A stretch of DNA of 64,000 nt from Acidobacteriota bacterium (GCA_021731165.1 JAKFXY010000012.1:10717-74716); one strand, 5' to 3'. Counted from the stretch's first letter, positions 54,378-64,000 are shown. A program made the numbers and translations. Notes: generated from the letters alone by a model not told the origin.

Positions 54378-54758
54378 GTGAACCGGGCGGTTTCCGTGCC
54401 CGGTGCGCCTGCGGCGATTGGCCCCTACAGCCCAGCGATCCGCGCTGGGAACCTCCTCTTCCTTTCGGGTCAAATCGCGCTCGATCCAGCGACCGGCACA
54501 ATCGTCGATGACGATATCACCGCGCAGACCGAGCAGGTCATGCGGAACATCGTGGCGCTCCTGACGGCGGCTGGCGCGGGCGTCGAGCACATCGTCCGCA
54601 CGACAGTCTTCCTTAAGGACATGAATGAGTTCGCCGCGATGAATGCGGTCTATGCCCGGCACGTTGGGGACCCGCCTCCCGCGCGTTCTACGGTTCAGGT
54701 CGCTCGGCTGCCCAAGGACGTCCGTATCGAGATCGACGTCATCGCGGTTCTTTCGTAG
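54378..54758 (+). CDS. ridA: RidA/YjgF family reactive-intermediate deaminase
   Basis: [28 protein letters not shown] ... [23 protein letters not shown] is 2 nt after the rpmB stop. Confidence 0.9.
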   Translation: MNRAVSVPGAPAAIGPYSPAIRAGNLLFLSGQIALDPATGTIVDDDITAQTEQVMRNIVALLTAAGAGVEHIVRTTVFLKDMNEFAAMNAVYARHVGDPPPARSTVQVARLPKDVRIEIDVIAVLS

Positions 54759-54783
54759 CGCCTGACGTCAGCCAACTCTTGAC

Positions 54784-56949
54784 CTAGGAGCGGGCTGTGC
54801 GTTCCACCCCCAGCACCCCCTGCACGCCCTTGATCGACTTGATGACCTTCTCGAGATGCTTGACGTCCTTGATCTCGACGGTCATGTCGATGCGCGCCTG
54901 GGAATCATCACCCGTGCGCGCTTCCATGTTGGTGATGTTCGTATTGATATCGGAGACCTTGGCGCTGATTTCTGCGAGCATCCCCTTGCGATCCTCGACC
55001 TGCATCGTGAGCCGGACAGTGTAGGGCGCTTCGCCGGTCGCGCTGTCCCATTCGACCTCGATCCGGCGCTCCGGATCGAACATCAGGTTGAGCACGTTCG
55101 AACAGGTAGCCGAGTGGACGGAGACCCCTTTGCCTCTGGTGATGTAGCCGACGATCCTCTCGCCGCGAATCGGGCTGCAGCACCTGGCCCGAAACACCAG
55201 CACGTCGTCGGCCCCGCGCACGGTGATCTTGTCAGACTGCGCCCCGCCGCTTCGCAGCACGCGCTTGACCACCGAGACCACCCGAGAATCGGGCCTTTTC
55301 TCCCGAAGCTCGGACGGAGCGGATTTCTGCAGCACTGTGCGCGCCGCAATCTTGCCGTATCCGATGTGCGCCAGCAGCTCGTCTGCTGATTTCGCGCCGT
55401 ACTCGGAGGCAAACGTTTTCAACTCACCACTTTCCAGCAGCGTCTTCGGGTTGAGGTCGAATCGGCGGGCCTCCTTGTCGAACAGCCGGCGACCGAGTTC
55501 GATGCTGCGGGTGCGCTCCTCACTCTGAATCACGTGCTTGATCTTGTGGCGGGCACGTGAGGACACGACAAACGCCAGCCAGTCGCGGCTCGGCTTGTGC
55601 CCCGCCTGCCGGACGATTTCCACGATGTCGCCATTCTGCAGACGAGTACGGAGCGGGACCATCCGTCCGTTGACGCGCGCGCCCACGCACTGGTTGCCCA
55701 GGTCGGTATGAATGCTGTACGCGAAGTCCACTACGGTGGCCCCACGCGGAAGCGAACGGACCTCGCCCTTCGGCGTGAAGATGTAGACCTCCTCCGGATA
55801 GAGGTCGATCTTCAGGTTCTGCAAGAATTCCTGAGGATCGCGCACCTCCTGCTGAACCTCCAGGAGCTGCCGCATCCACTGGAAGTAGCGCTCGTCACGC
55901 TGATCGCCGATGCGTCCTTCCTTGTATTTCCAGTGCGCGGCGATCCCCTCCTCGGCGCGACGGTGCATCTCCTCGCTTCGGATCTGGACCTCGAATGGGA
56001 ATCCGTGTTCGCTGATCACCGACGTATGCAACGACTGGTACCCGTTGGGCCGCGGCATGGCTATGAAGTCCTTGATCCGGCCGGGCACTGGCGACCATGT
56101 CTGGTGAATGATGCCGAGCGCCGCGTAGCAGTCCTTCACTGACTGGGTGATGACGCGGATCGCAACGAAGTCGTACACCCTGTCGAGGTCGATTTTCTGC
56201 CGCTTTAGCTTGAGGTGAATACTGTAGAGACGCTTGATGCGGCCATCGAGCTGCATGACCGGGACTTGCGCGTCGCCGAGTTTTGCCCGGATGGTCACGA
56301 TCAGTGCGTCGATCACGCCTTCCGCGCTGCGGCGCTTCGCCTCGACCTTCGACCGAAGCGCCTCGTACGCCTTTGGATCGAGATAGCGGAACGACAGCTC
56401 TTCGAGCTCGTTCTTGACCTTGCTCATGCCGAGGCGATTGGCGATCGGAGCGTAAATATCGAGGGTTTCCTGAGCAATCGTGATGGCACGCTCCTCCGGC
56501 AAGTGGTGAAGCGTCCGCATGTTGTGCAGGCGATCGGCGAGCTTGACGAGGATGACCCTGATGTCGTCAACCATCGCCAGCAGCATCTTGCGGAAATTCT
56601 CCGCCTGGCGTTCCTCGCTGGAAGAGAAGGGAATGGCGCCAATCTTCGTGACACCTTCCACGACGTGCGCGATTTCTGGGCCGAACAACTCGGCAATTCG
56701 CTCCGGGGTGGTCAGCGTGTCCTCGACTACGTCGTGCAGCAGGCCGGCGGCCAAGGCGACCACGTCGAGCTTCATGTCGGCCAGGAGGTGGGCAACCTCG
56801 AGCGGATGGACTAGGTAGGGCTCCCCTGAATGGCGCACCTGTCCCTTGTGTTCGAGCGCGGAGAAGACGTACGCCCGCCGGAGGAGTTCCAGGTCCGCTT
56901 CCGGGCTGTAGCTCCGTACTTTCTCGAGGAGGGACTCGAACCGTATCAT
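54784..56949 (-). CDS. relA: bifunctional (p)ppGpp synthetase/hydrolase (RelA/SpoT homologue)
   Basis: HD domain (HSGEPYLVHPLEVA, LLHDVVEDT), synthetase domain (YQSLHTSV), TGS and C-terminal ACT-like region. Confidence 0.95.
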   Translation of the reverse strand: MIRFESLLEKVRSYSPEADLELLRRAYVFSALEHKGQVRHSGEPYLVHPLEVAHLLADMKLDVVALAAGLLHDVVEDTLTTPERIAELFGPEIAHVVEGVTKIGAIPFSSSEERQAENFRKMLLAMVDDIRVILVKLADRLHNMRTLHHLPEERAITIAQETLDIYAPIANRLGMSKVKNELEELSFRYLDPKAYEALRSKVEAKRRSAEGVIDALIVTIRAKLGDAQVPVMQLDGRIKRLYSIHLKLKRQKIDLDRVYDFVAIRVITQSVKDCYAALGIIHQTWSPVPGRIKDFIAMPRPNGYQSLHTSVISEHGFPFEVQIRSEEMHRRAEEGIAAHWKYKEGRIGDQRDERYFQWMRQLLEVQQEVRDPQEFLQNLKIDLYPEEVYIFTPKGEVRSLPRGATVVDFAYSIHTDLGNQCVGARVNGRMVPLRTRLQNGDIVEIVRQAGHKPSRDWLAFVVSSRARHKIKHVIQSEERTRSIELGRRLFDKEARRFDLNPKTLLESGELKTFASEYGAKSADELLAHIGYGKIAARTVLQKSAPSELREKRPDSRVVSVVKRVLRSGGAQSDKITVRGADDVLVFRARCCSPIRGERIVGYITRGKGVSVHSATCSNVLNLMFDPERRIEVEWDSATGEAPYTVRLTMQVEDRKGMLAEISAKVSDINTNITNMEARTGDDSQARIDMTVEIKDVKHLEKVIKSIKGVQGVLGVERTARS

Positions 56950-57047
56950 GACCGCCGGTGTCTAAATTCGTGGCGAACCGCTGGAGAGCCGCCATCTTTA
57001 TGATAGGAGGCGGTTTGCGGGGGGGTCAAGGCGTCAGCCGACTCCCC

Positions 57048-57077
57048 TTGACTGACTCGAAAACGGATCACTATACT
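57048..57077 (+). promoter_or_regulatory. sigma70-like promoter (TTGACT-18-TATACT) for the TPR lipoprotein gene
   Basis: Hexamers at 57048-57053 and 57072-57077, about 50 nt upstream of ATG 57126, which has SD AAGGGGG. Confidence 0.5.
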
Positions 57078-57125
57078 GACGCGCTTATGGGTCAGTCTGG
57101 ACAGGTTGCCGTTAAGGGGGATGCG

Positions 57126-58079
57126 ATGCGGAAGTTTTCGTCACGGGCGGCCGTGCTGGTCATGATTTCAGCGACCGGCCTCATGCTGGCAGGGTGCAGC
57201 CAAATCGATCGGCTTCGCGCCCGCCAAGCTGTCAAGGATGCCAACCCGATGTACCAGGGCGGCGACTACGCCAAGGCGGCCGCAAAATACGAAGAGGCGC
57301 TGGAGATGGATCCGACGCTCGGAGATATTTATTTTTTCGTTGGCAATAGCTACGACAACCTTTACAAGTCCGCCCGGAGGGGCGAAGAGGCCAACGACGC
57401 CTTCCTGACCAAGGCGATCGAGAACTACAAGAAGGCCGCGGAGATGGCGCAGACAACCCCGCCCATCAAGAAGCTCTCGCTCGAGTACCTGGTGGCCGCG
57501 TACGGCCCGGACAAGCTGAACGATCCGGCCCAATCCGAGCCGATCGTGATGCAAATGATCGAACTCGAGCCTGGCGAGCCGACCAACTACTTCGCCCTTG
57601 CCAAGATCTATGAGGACAACGGCGATTACGAGAAGGCCGAGGCCACCTACTTCAAGGCCAAAGAGGCAAAGCCGAACGAGCCAACCGTCTATACGACGCT
57701 TGCCGGCTTCTACAACCGGCAGGGCGACTTCGAGAAGACCATCAGCGCCCTCAACGAGCGAACCGCAAAGGAACCGACCAACCCGGAAGCGCATCATCTC
57801 GCGGCGACGTTCTACTGGGAGAAGGTGTACCGCGACTTCCGACTGTCGGACGCCGATAAGCGAAAATACGTCCAGTCGGGGCTTGATGAAGAGACCAAGG
57901 CTATCGAGTTGAAGAACGACTACGTCGAGGCGATCACCTACAAGGGGCTGCTCCTCCGCCTCCAGGCGAACCTGGAGAAGGATGTCGCGAAGCAGCAGGC
58001 GCTCCTGCGAGAGGCTGATCGCCTCCAGGCGCAGGCCACCGACCTCCGGAAGCAGAAGCAGGCCGGAGCAGGCGACTAG
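57126..58079 (+). CDS. tetratricopeptide-repeat lipoprotein
   Basis: Lipobox LMLAGC. Repeated TPR-like units (YAKAAAKYEEALEMDP, YFALAKIYEDNGDYEKAEATYFKAKEAKP, YTTLAGFYNRQGDFEKTISALNE). Confidence 0.8.
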   Translation: MRKFSSRAAVLVMISATGLMLAGCSQIDRLRARQAVKDANPMYQGGDYAKAAAKYEEALEMDPTLGDIYFFVGNSYDNLYKSARRGEEANDAFLTKAIENYKKAAEMAQTTPPIKKLSLEYLVAAYGPDKLNDPAQSEPIVMQMIELEPGEPTNYFALAKIYEDNGDYEKAEATYFKAKEAKPNEPTVYTTLAGFYNRQGDFEKTISALNERTAKEPTNPEAHHLAATFYWEKVYRDFRLSDADKRKYVQSGLDEETKAIELKNDYVEAITYKGLLLRLQANLEKDVAKQQALLREADRLQAQATDLRKQKQAGAGD

Positions 58080-58119
58080 CCTTCCGACATTCCGGTCAAC
58101 AAATTCGTCCGCGCAATCA

Positions 58120-58155
58120 GGGCCGTTTCCGCCACCGGGAGCGGCCCGTTTCTTG
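58120..58155 (+). terminator. candidate terminator after the TPR gene
   Basis: GGGCCG-N16-CGGCCC followed by GTTTCTTG. Confidence 0.35.
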
Positions 58156-58315
58156 TACAATTTCTGCCGGTTCACGGCACGTCTGAAACTCGTCACTCAG
58201 TCGTCATCGCGCTCTCGTAATCTCGAATAGCTGTTCGTCGAAAGCGTGCGGGGACGGCGTACGAGGCGTCTCGAACTCTTGCGCCCGACCTTCCGAATAC
58301 TGTGGGAGTGATCCA

Positions 58316-61300
58316 ATGAAGCCTTGCTCGAACGTTACGTCGCGGTTTGCCTGGAAGACTCTTGTCATGCTCGCGCTGTGCGCTGCTCTGTGGCCGACAA
58401 GTCACCTGTCAGCGCAGGGCGTCACTACGGGCGCCATCACCGGCCTCGTGCTCAACACCGAGATGCAACCCGTTCAGGGTGCCAGTGTGATCGCGATCCA
58501 CCTGCCCTCTGGCACCAGCTACGAAGCCACGACGCGTGCGGACGGACGGTTCTCCATTCCAGGCATGAGGGTGGGCGGTCCGTACAGTGTGACGGTCGCC
58601 TACATGGGCGGCGGCGGGACCGCCTTCGCTCCTGAGACCCAGGAGAACATCACGGCCAATCTCGGCCTGACGGCCGACCTGCAGTTCACGGTGCGCCCTA
58701 TCGCGGTGCAAGAGACCGTCACGGTGAGCGGCCAGATTGATCCGGTCTTCAGCTCGAGCCGGACGGGTGCGTCGACGTCGATCAGCCGCGTGGACATCGC
58801 GGCGCTTCCGACCGTCTCCGGCCGGATCAGTGACCTGACGCGCCTCACGCCCCAGGCCGGCAGCAACAGTTCGTTTGGAGGCCAGGACGGCCGCATGAAC
58901 AACATGACGGTAGATGGCGCCTATTTCAACAGCGCATTCGGACTCGGCGAGGGGCAGGCCGGCGGCAGAACGGGCGTCGCGCCGATCTCGCTGGAATCTA
59001 TCGAGCAGCTACAGGTAAGCGTCGCACCGTTCGATGTCCGGCAGGGCAACTTCATAGGCGCCTCCGTGAACACTGTCACTCGAAGCGGGACCAATCAGCT
59101 CAGCGGCTCCTTCTATCACCGCATGCGAAACGATGGCTATGTCGGAACAGAAGCCAGGGGACTCACCGTGAATCCCGGCACGTTCACGTTCCGGGATACA
59201 GGCTTCTGGGCGGGTGGACCGATCGTCAGGAACAAGCTGTTCGTCTTCGGCAACTACGAGAACGAGCTTTTCAAGGCGCCCCTCCACACCTTCGTCGCCA
59301 ATTCTGGGGGCCAACCCGTGAGCGGTAGCGTCACGCGAGTCCTCGCATCGGACCTCGACACGCTCAGCGCCTACCTGAAGAGCAGGTTCGCGTACGACAC
59401 CGGTGGATACCAGAACCTATCAGCCGATACGCCCGGCAAGCGGTATCTGATCCGTGGTGATTACAATCTGAACAACAGCAACAAGTTCAGCTTCCGTTAC
59501 AGCCAGCTCGACTCGAGCTCGGGCAAGAACCTGTCGAGCTCGACGTCGGCCGGTCTTGGCAGGGGGACCTTTAGCGCAAACTTCCTGAATTTCGAGGCAT
59601 CCAACTACTCCCAGCTCGAGAACATCAAGTCGGGTATCGGTGAGTGGAACTCGGTCCTCGGCAACACCGTGTCGAACAGTCTGGTAGCCGGCTATACGAA
59701 GAACGACGAAGGCCGCGGCGATCCGGGCAAGCTATTCCCGTTCGTGGATATTCTGGCACCGGACGGCACGGCCTATCTCTCGTTCGGCACCGAGCCGTTC
59801 ACACCGAACAACGAGCTGCGCTACAAGACCTATCAGGTCAAGGACGACATCACGAAATTCGGCACGCGTCACTCGCTGACCGTGGGCGGCACCCTGCAAC
59901 GCTACGAGTCCGCAAACGTGTTCTACTCGCTGCAGCAGAGCGGCTACGTCTACAACTCGCTGCAGGACTTCTACACCGACGCGAACAACTTCCTGGCGAA
60001 CCCCAACCAGACGACCTCTGCGGTGACGCTGCGCCGGTTCCAGGTGCGCTACATGAACATCCCCGGCCTGTCGAAGCCATTGCAGCCGCTGGAGGTCTGG
60101 AATGGCGGGGGCTACGCTCAGGACGAGTGGCGGATAAAGCGGAACCTCACGATCACTGGGGGTGTACGGCTTGATGTAGCTACCTTCGGCAACACCGCGT
60201 TTCCGAATCCCGCCGTTGACGCGCTCACATTCCGGGACGAGACGGGCAAGGCGGTGAAATACACGAGCGGTAGCCTCCCGGACCCGAAGATCCTCTGGTC
60301 GCCCCGCGTCGCCATGAACTGGGACGTGGCAAGCGCGCAGAGTACGCAAGTCCGTCTGGGAACCGGAATCTTCTCGGGGCCCCCACCCTACGTCTGGGTT
60401 TCGAACCAGATCGGACAGACGGGCGTCTTGACCGGCTTCGACCAGTTCGACAACGTCACGACGCGGCCGTTCAATCCCGATCCGAGCAGATACAAGCCGA
60501 CGACCGTGACGGGCGCCGGTGCGGCCAGCTTCGAGTTCAACGTGACCGACCCGAACTACAAGTTCCCGCAGGTGTGGCGCGCCAATCTCGCAATGGACCG
60601 AAAGCTACCGGGTGGGATCACCAGCACGACCGAGTTCCTCTACAACAGGGACGTTAACGGTGTGTACTACATCAACGCCAACCTGCCAGCCGCACAAACC
60701 GCCTTCACCGGCGTCGATGCTCGCCCACGTTGGACGTCCAATCGCATCAACAACACCTCGCCCATCATCACCGCCGCCTACGTGATGAAGAACCAGAACA
60801 TCGGACGCTCGTGGAACTTCTCACAGATGCTGTCGAATACGGCGTACCACGGCCTCACGGTGAAGGGCGCCTACAGCTACGGCATTACCCGGAACACGAT
60901 CGACCCCGGCTCCAACGCGTCAGGGTCGTGGCTTGGCAACGAAATGGCTTCAGACCCGAATAACCCAGGCCTCGGAGTGGCGAATTCTGCGCAGGGCCAT
61001 CGCGTGTTCGCCCAGGTGTCCTACAGCCGGCAGTACTTCGGCTTCGGGTCCACAACCATCTCCACCTTCTTCGAAGCGAAGCCGTCGTTTCCGAACTTCA
61101 GCACCACCGCGAGCTACGTGTTCGCCGGGGACATGAACGGCGACGGCGCCTCGGGCAACGACCTGATCTACATTCCGAGGAACACGTCAGAGATGAACTT
61201 CGTGGCCTTCACGGCGGGCGGGGTCACGTTTACCCCGGAACAGCAGGCCGCGGCGTTCGAGGCGTACATCAATCAGGACAAGTACCTGAGCAAGCATCGA

Positions 61301-61684
61301 GGCGATTACGCCGAGCGCGGCGGCGTGTGGTACCCGATGGTCAAGAGGATGGACCTGAGCATCACCCAGGACGTGTTCCACAATATCGCCGGGAAGCGCA
61401 ATGCGGGCCAGTTCCGCATCGACTTCACCAACTTCGGCAACCTGCTGAATCACAACTGGGGCGTCAGTCAGCGATTGGTCGTACCGGTTACGGCAGCCAA
61501 CGGCGCGCAGATCCTCACGAATCCCGCGGTGGACGCCCAGGGGCGGGCGAGCTACCGCCTGGCGGTAGCCAGCGGCCAACTGGTGACCAAGTCGTTCCAG
61601 ACCAACACGCTGATTAATAGCAATCAGACGTCTGGCAGCGACGTATTCCTGTTCCTGCTCAGCTTCCGCTACTCGTTCAACTAG
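58316..61684 (+). CDS. TonB-dependent outer-membrane receptor with N-terminal carboxypeptidase-regulatory-like domain
   Basis: Signal peptide, then GAITGLVLNTEMQPVQGASVIAIHLPSGTSYEATTRADGRFSIPGMRVGGPYSV (CarboxypepD_reg-like). Plug and long beta-barrel region. C-terminal aromatic ending FRYSFN. Confidence 0.85.
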   Translation: MKPCSNVTSRFAWKTLVMLALCAALWPTSHLSAQGVTTGAITGLVLNTEMQPVQGASVIAIHLPSGTSYEATTRADGRFSIPGMRVGGPYSVTVAYMGGGGTAFAPETQENITANLGLTADLQFTVRPIAVQETVTVSGQIDPVFSSSRTGASTSISRVDIAALPTVSGRISDLTRLTPQAGSNSSFGGQDGRMNNMTVDGAYFNSAFGLGEGQAGGRTGVAPISLESIEQLQVSVAPFDVRQGNFIGASVNTVTRSGTNQLSGSFYHRMRNDGYVGTEARGLTVNPGTFTFRDTGFWAGGPIVRNKLFVFGNYENELFKAPLHTFVANSGGQPVSGSVTRVLASDLDTLSAYLKSRFAYDTGGYQNLSADTPGKRYLIRGDYNLNNSNKFSFRYSQLDSSSGKNLSSSTSAGLGRGTFSANFLNFEASNYSQLENIKSGIGEWNSVLGNTVSNSLVAGYTKNDEGRGDPGKLFPFVDILAPDGTAYLSFGTEPFTPNNELRYKTYQVKDDITKFGTRHSLTVGGTLQRYESANVFYSLQQSGYVYNSLQDFYTDANNFLANPNQTTSAVTLRRFQVRYMNIPGLSKPLQPLEVWNGGGYAQDEWRIKRNLTITGGVRLDVATFGNTAFPNPAVDALTFRDETGKAVKYTSGSLPDPKILWSPRVAMNWDVASAQSTQVRLGTGIFSGPPPYVWVSNQIGQTGVLTGFDQFDNVTTRPFNPDPSRYKPTTVTGAGAASFEFNVTDPNYKFPQVWRANLAMDRKLPGGITSTTEFLYNRDVNGVYYINANLPAAQTAFTGVDARPRWTSNRINNTSPIITAAYVMKNQNIGRSWNFSQMLSNTAYHGLTVKGAYSYGITRNTIDPGSNASGSWLGNEMASDPNNPGLGVANSAQGHRVFAQVSYSRQYFGFGSTTISTFFEAKPSFPNFSTTASYVFAGDMNGDGASGNDLIYIPRNTSEMNFVAFTAGGVTFTPEQQAAAFEAYINQDKYLSKHRGDYAERGGVWYPMVKRMDLSITQDVFHNIAGKRNAGQFRIDFTNFGNLLNHNWGVSQRLVVPVTAANGAQILTNPAVDAQGRASYRLAVASGQLVTKSFQTNTLINSNQTSGSDVFLFLLSFRYSFN

Positions 61685-61694
61685 GCTCGAGAGG

Positions 61695-61747
61695 TTCCGC
61701 ACAAGGTGGCCGGCGTCCCACAGGGGCGCCGGCCCTCCTGCGGAAGC
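61695..61747 (+). terminator. long nested hairpin after the receptor gene
   Basis: TTCCGCA..GGCCGGCG-11 nt-CGCCGGCC..TGCGGAA starting 11 nt after the stop. No clear T tract. Confidence 0.45.
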
Positions 61748-61931
61748 TTCCTTCTACTCTACCTGTAAGTCTCTGAGGCGTCTTGGCGCAGTGAAGCTCT
61801 TGATGCGGAGATATTTCGGCAGGCAACCACTGATGCCATCCAGGGCCGACGACAAGGCGATTGACGAAGGCGGGATAGCCTGCCTGCTCCTGCTGAGAGC
61901 CGAGGACAGCCCGTACAGAAAACCCGTACAA

Positions 61932-61964
61932 GAAAAAAGGCCGCCCCTTAGAGGGACGGCCTTT
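61932..61964 (-). terminator. rho-independent terminator of the exbB-exbD-exbD operon
   Basis: The minus strand reads AAAGGCCGTCCCT-cta-AGGGGCGGCCTTTTTTCTTG: a 13-bp stem with one mismatch followed by T6. Confidence 0.8.
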
Positions 61965-61992
61965 CGTGTGTACGAGCTTGCGAGACGCCCGA

Positions 61993-62472
61993 CTAGTCGG
62001 TTCCCGGTGAGGGGCTGGCGCCAGCGGCACGCCGCATCCCCTCGGTAACGATGCCGACCTTCTCGACGCCGGCGCCCTTGGCGGAATCGATGACATACAC
62101 GATGTCCCCGTAGCGGAGGCTGCCCGCCGCGGCGATGAACATCGTCTTGTCCTTGCGCTCCTCGAAGATAGTGCGGAGCTTCTCCGGGAGTTGGAGGGCC
62201 GTAACGTCCTGCTTGTTGATCGAGATCCGTTTGTCAGCGGTGTACTCGAGCACGATCTGACTGATCTCGGTCTGCTGTTCCGGGGTGTTCTTCGTTTCGG
62301 CTGGAATGTTGATGTCGAGCCCTCTTTGGTTGAGCGGAAGGGCAGCCATGAAGATCACCAGAAGCACGAGCAGCACGTCGATCATCGGCGTGATGTTCAT
62401 GTCTCCATTGGGCTTCGGGATTTCTCCCTTGAAGACCGTGTCGGCGCCGAAATGCTGGTGATGGTGAGCCAT
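61993..62472 (-). CDS. exbD: ExbD/TolR family biopolymer transport protein
   Basis: NITPMIDVLLVLLVIFM anchor motif and periplasmic domain. 159 aa. Confidence 0.9.
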   Translation of the reverse strand: MAHHHQHFGADTVFKGEIPKPNGDMNITPMIDVLLVLLVIFMAALPLNQRGLDINIPAETKNTPEQQTEISQIVLEYTADKRISINKQDVTALQLPEKLRTIFEERKDKTMFIAAAGSLRYGDIVYVIDSAKGAGVEKVGIVTEGMRRAAGASPSPGTD

Positions 62473-62939
62473 TATCGGCCTCCCCCGCCAGCGGCCTCTC
62501 GGGCCTGCGCCTGGGCCTGCGCCCCAGACTTCGGATCGGTGATTAGGCCCATGTCCTCGATGCCCGCCGTGCGAAGAGAGTCCATCGCCTCCATCACGGC
62601 CCCGTACTCGGCATCCACGTCGGCCTTGATGATGACGATCTTCTGGCCACCCTTGGATTCAAGGACCTCTGTCACGCGCCGTGCAAGGTCATCCTTCGGC
62701 ACCTGGACGGTGTTGAGGAAGTAGCGCCTGTCAGCCGTGATGGCAACGGTTGTCTGGTCCTGCCCTTCGGGCTTTGGCGCGCTGTTGGCCGCCGTGGGCA
62801 ACGTGAGCGGGGCACCCTGCTGCAGCAGCGGGGCCACGATCATCATGATGATGAGCAGCACCAGCATGACGTCGACAAGTGGCGTGACGTTGATGTCGGC
62901 CTTGACTCCGCCGCCATCGCCACCGACGTTCATTGACAT
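62472..62939 (-). CDS. exbD: ExbD/TolR family biopolymer transport protein (second paralogue)
   Basis: INVTPLVDVMLVLLIIMM anchor motif. The stop overlaps the start of the downstream exbD by 1 nt. Confidence 0.9.
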   Translation of the reverse strand: MSMNVGGDGGGVKADINVTPLVDVMLVLLIIMMIVAPLLQQGAPLTLPTAANSAPKPEGQDQTTVAITADRRYFLNTVQVPKDDLARRVTEVLESKGGQKIVIIKADVDAEYGAVMEAMDSLRTAGIEDMGLITDPKSGAQAQAQAREAAGGGGR

Positions 62940-63026
62940 ATGACTAACTCCAGAAATGAGGAGGCTGGGTTGCTGGGCAGCCGGGCATATCCCCGGCCAC
63001 CGAGCTACCCAGCTGCCTGATAGCTC

Positions 63027-63800
63027 TTACGCCGTCTTCTTGATGAAGTAGTCGACCAGTTCCGACGAGGAGTTGTCCATCTCGACGTTGAAGTACTCGA
63101 GGCGCGCGGTCAGGAAGTTGTAGAACCAGACCGCCGGAATCGCCACGAACAGACCAAGCGCGGTCTCGACGAGCGCCTCGGCAATACCAGCCGACACGGC
63201 GCCGATACCACCCGAGCCGGTGGACGCGATGCCGGTGAACGCGTTGATAACGCCGACGACCGTGCCAAGCAGGCCGACGAATGGTGCCGTCGAGCCGATG
63301 GTCGCCAGGGTGCTGACCCCCCGCTTCAAGTCAGAGGCGGTCAAGGCCGTCGCACGCTGAATCGAGCGCCGGACGGTATCCAGGACGTCCTCACGAGCGA
63401 GGCCCGCGCCGCCGCTCTCCTGCTGGAACTGGTACTCCTGCAAGCCAGCGAGCACAACCTTCGCGAGGTGGCTGTAACGGAAGTCCTTCGATGCGGAGAG
63501 CGCGATGGCCTCCTTCAGCCGGCCGTCCTTGAGGTGTTTGGCAACCTGCGGAGCGTAGAGCTTCGACTGCTTCCGCGCCTGGCTGTAGGTGTAGATCCGC
63601 TCGATCGAAACACCAACCGACCAGAACGACATGATGAACAGCACCACGGCGACCGCGATGGCGATCGCGCCCATCTGCGAGAAGAGGTCGACGAGGTTGA
63701 TCCCACCACCCTCCTGCGCAAAGGCCGGCGAGCTGGCAAGCATCGCGACCAGCCCTGCGCACGCAACTTGACCAATCTGACGCATCTTCCGAACTTCCAT
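63027..63800 (-). CDS. exbB: MotA/TolQ/ExbB proton-channel protein
   Basis: TAPFVGLLGTVVGVINAF and AEALVETALGLFVAIPA motifs. Signal-like N-terminus. SD GGAGGA 8 nt upstream. Confidence 0.9.
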   Translation of the reverse strand: MEVRKMRQIGQVACAGLVAMLASSPAFAQEGGGINLVDLFSQMGAIAIAVAVVLFIMSFWSVGVSIERIYTYSQARKQSKLYAPQVAKHLKDGRLKEAIALSASKDFRYSHLAKVVLAGLQEYQFQQESGGAGLAREDVLDTVRRSIQRATALTASDLKRGVSTLATIGSTAPFVGLLGTVVGVINAFTGIASTGSGGIGAVSAGIAEALVETALGLFVAIPAVWFYNFLTARLEYFNVEMDNSSSELVDYFIKKTA

Positions 63801-63879
63801 TACCGAATCCTCCGCTTGATGAACCGTTGGTGGTGGTCTGACTCAGTCTGAACTGAACAGGGTCTAAAGAATCTAACGT

Positions 63880-64000
63880 CTAACTCAGCGTGAACTGAAC
63901 AGTGACGGTCATGATGACCGGTACCGGCACGCCGTTGAGCAGCGTCGGCGAGAACTCCCATTGCCGCACCGCGTCAAGCGCCGCCCCGTCGAGCAGCGGA
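63880..64000 (-). CDS. tonB: TonB C-terminal domain (partial, continues beyond window)
   Basis: The minus-strand translation ends ...ALDAVRQWEFSPTLLNGVPVPVIMTVTVQFTLS-stop, the typical TonB C-terminal pattern. Confidence 0.7.
   Translation of the reverse strand, partial: PLLDGAALDAVRQWEFSPTLLNGVPVPVIMTVTVQFTLS

Noticed and set aside
1-64000. CRISPR arrays, rRNA genes, intact IS elements or integrases
   Set aside because: Reading both strands I saw no regularly spaced 25-40 nt repeats, no rRNA-like conserved blocks, and no transposase or integrase-length ORF with recognisable motifs. Only the recombinase fragment at 20285-20473 was found.

Overview
High-GC bacterial chromosomal segment. G+C was judged by eye only: most genes look roughly two-thirds G+C. 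I support about 60 protein genes, one tRNA, several repeat or regulatory elements and two pseudogenes. Most of the window is housekeeping core. It holds pyk, an amidase operon, two paralogous pairs of M16 peptidases, mrp/apbC, addB-addA and tRNA-Ala(GGC). It also holds class I fumarase and aspartase, bioY, thiD, moaE-moaD, prfA-prmC and ileS-lspA-lgt-rluD-nudix. The right side carries lon, dksA, rpmB, ridA, relA/spoT, a large TonB-dependent receptor and a tonB-exbB-exbD-exbD operon. The receptor N-terminus (carboxypeptidase-regulatory-like type), the paired M16 peptidases and the GC-rich palindromic repeats suggest an Acidobacteriota-like genome. This is inference and cannot be verified here. 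The only clearly accessory stretch is a lower-GC, decayed island next to the tRNA (about 19.7-25.6 kb). It contains a GIY-YIG gene, a serine-recombinase remnant, a PD40 beta-propeller protein, a DUF2971-like gene, vapBC and a frameshifted FAH-family gene. I found no CRISPR array, rRNA or intact mobile element. I did not recognise a complete, obviously novel multi-gene system. The candidates most worth a second look are listed here. (1) An erpA operon encoding a Fur-family regulator fused to a rubrerythrin-like diiron domain, followed by a PHP phosphoesterase and a catalytically degenerate ABC-ATPase-like protein. (2) A run of four small Cys-rich (putative zinc-binding) proteins, two of them under 60 aa and absent from the ORF track, adjacent to an addBA operon that also starts with a translationally coupled exported protein. 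(3) A 0.6-kb AT-rich, highly structured non-coding region between dksA and rpmB. (4) An inverted heptamer array (CTGTAAC) filling the pyk/amidase divergent promoter. (5) Three helically phased DnaA-box-like sites upstream of the addBA operon. All functional calls rest on motif recognition from the translations. No database search was run.
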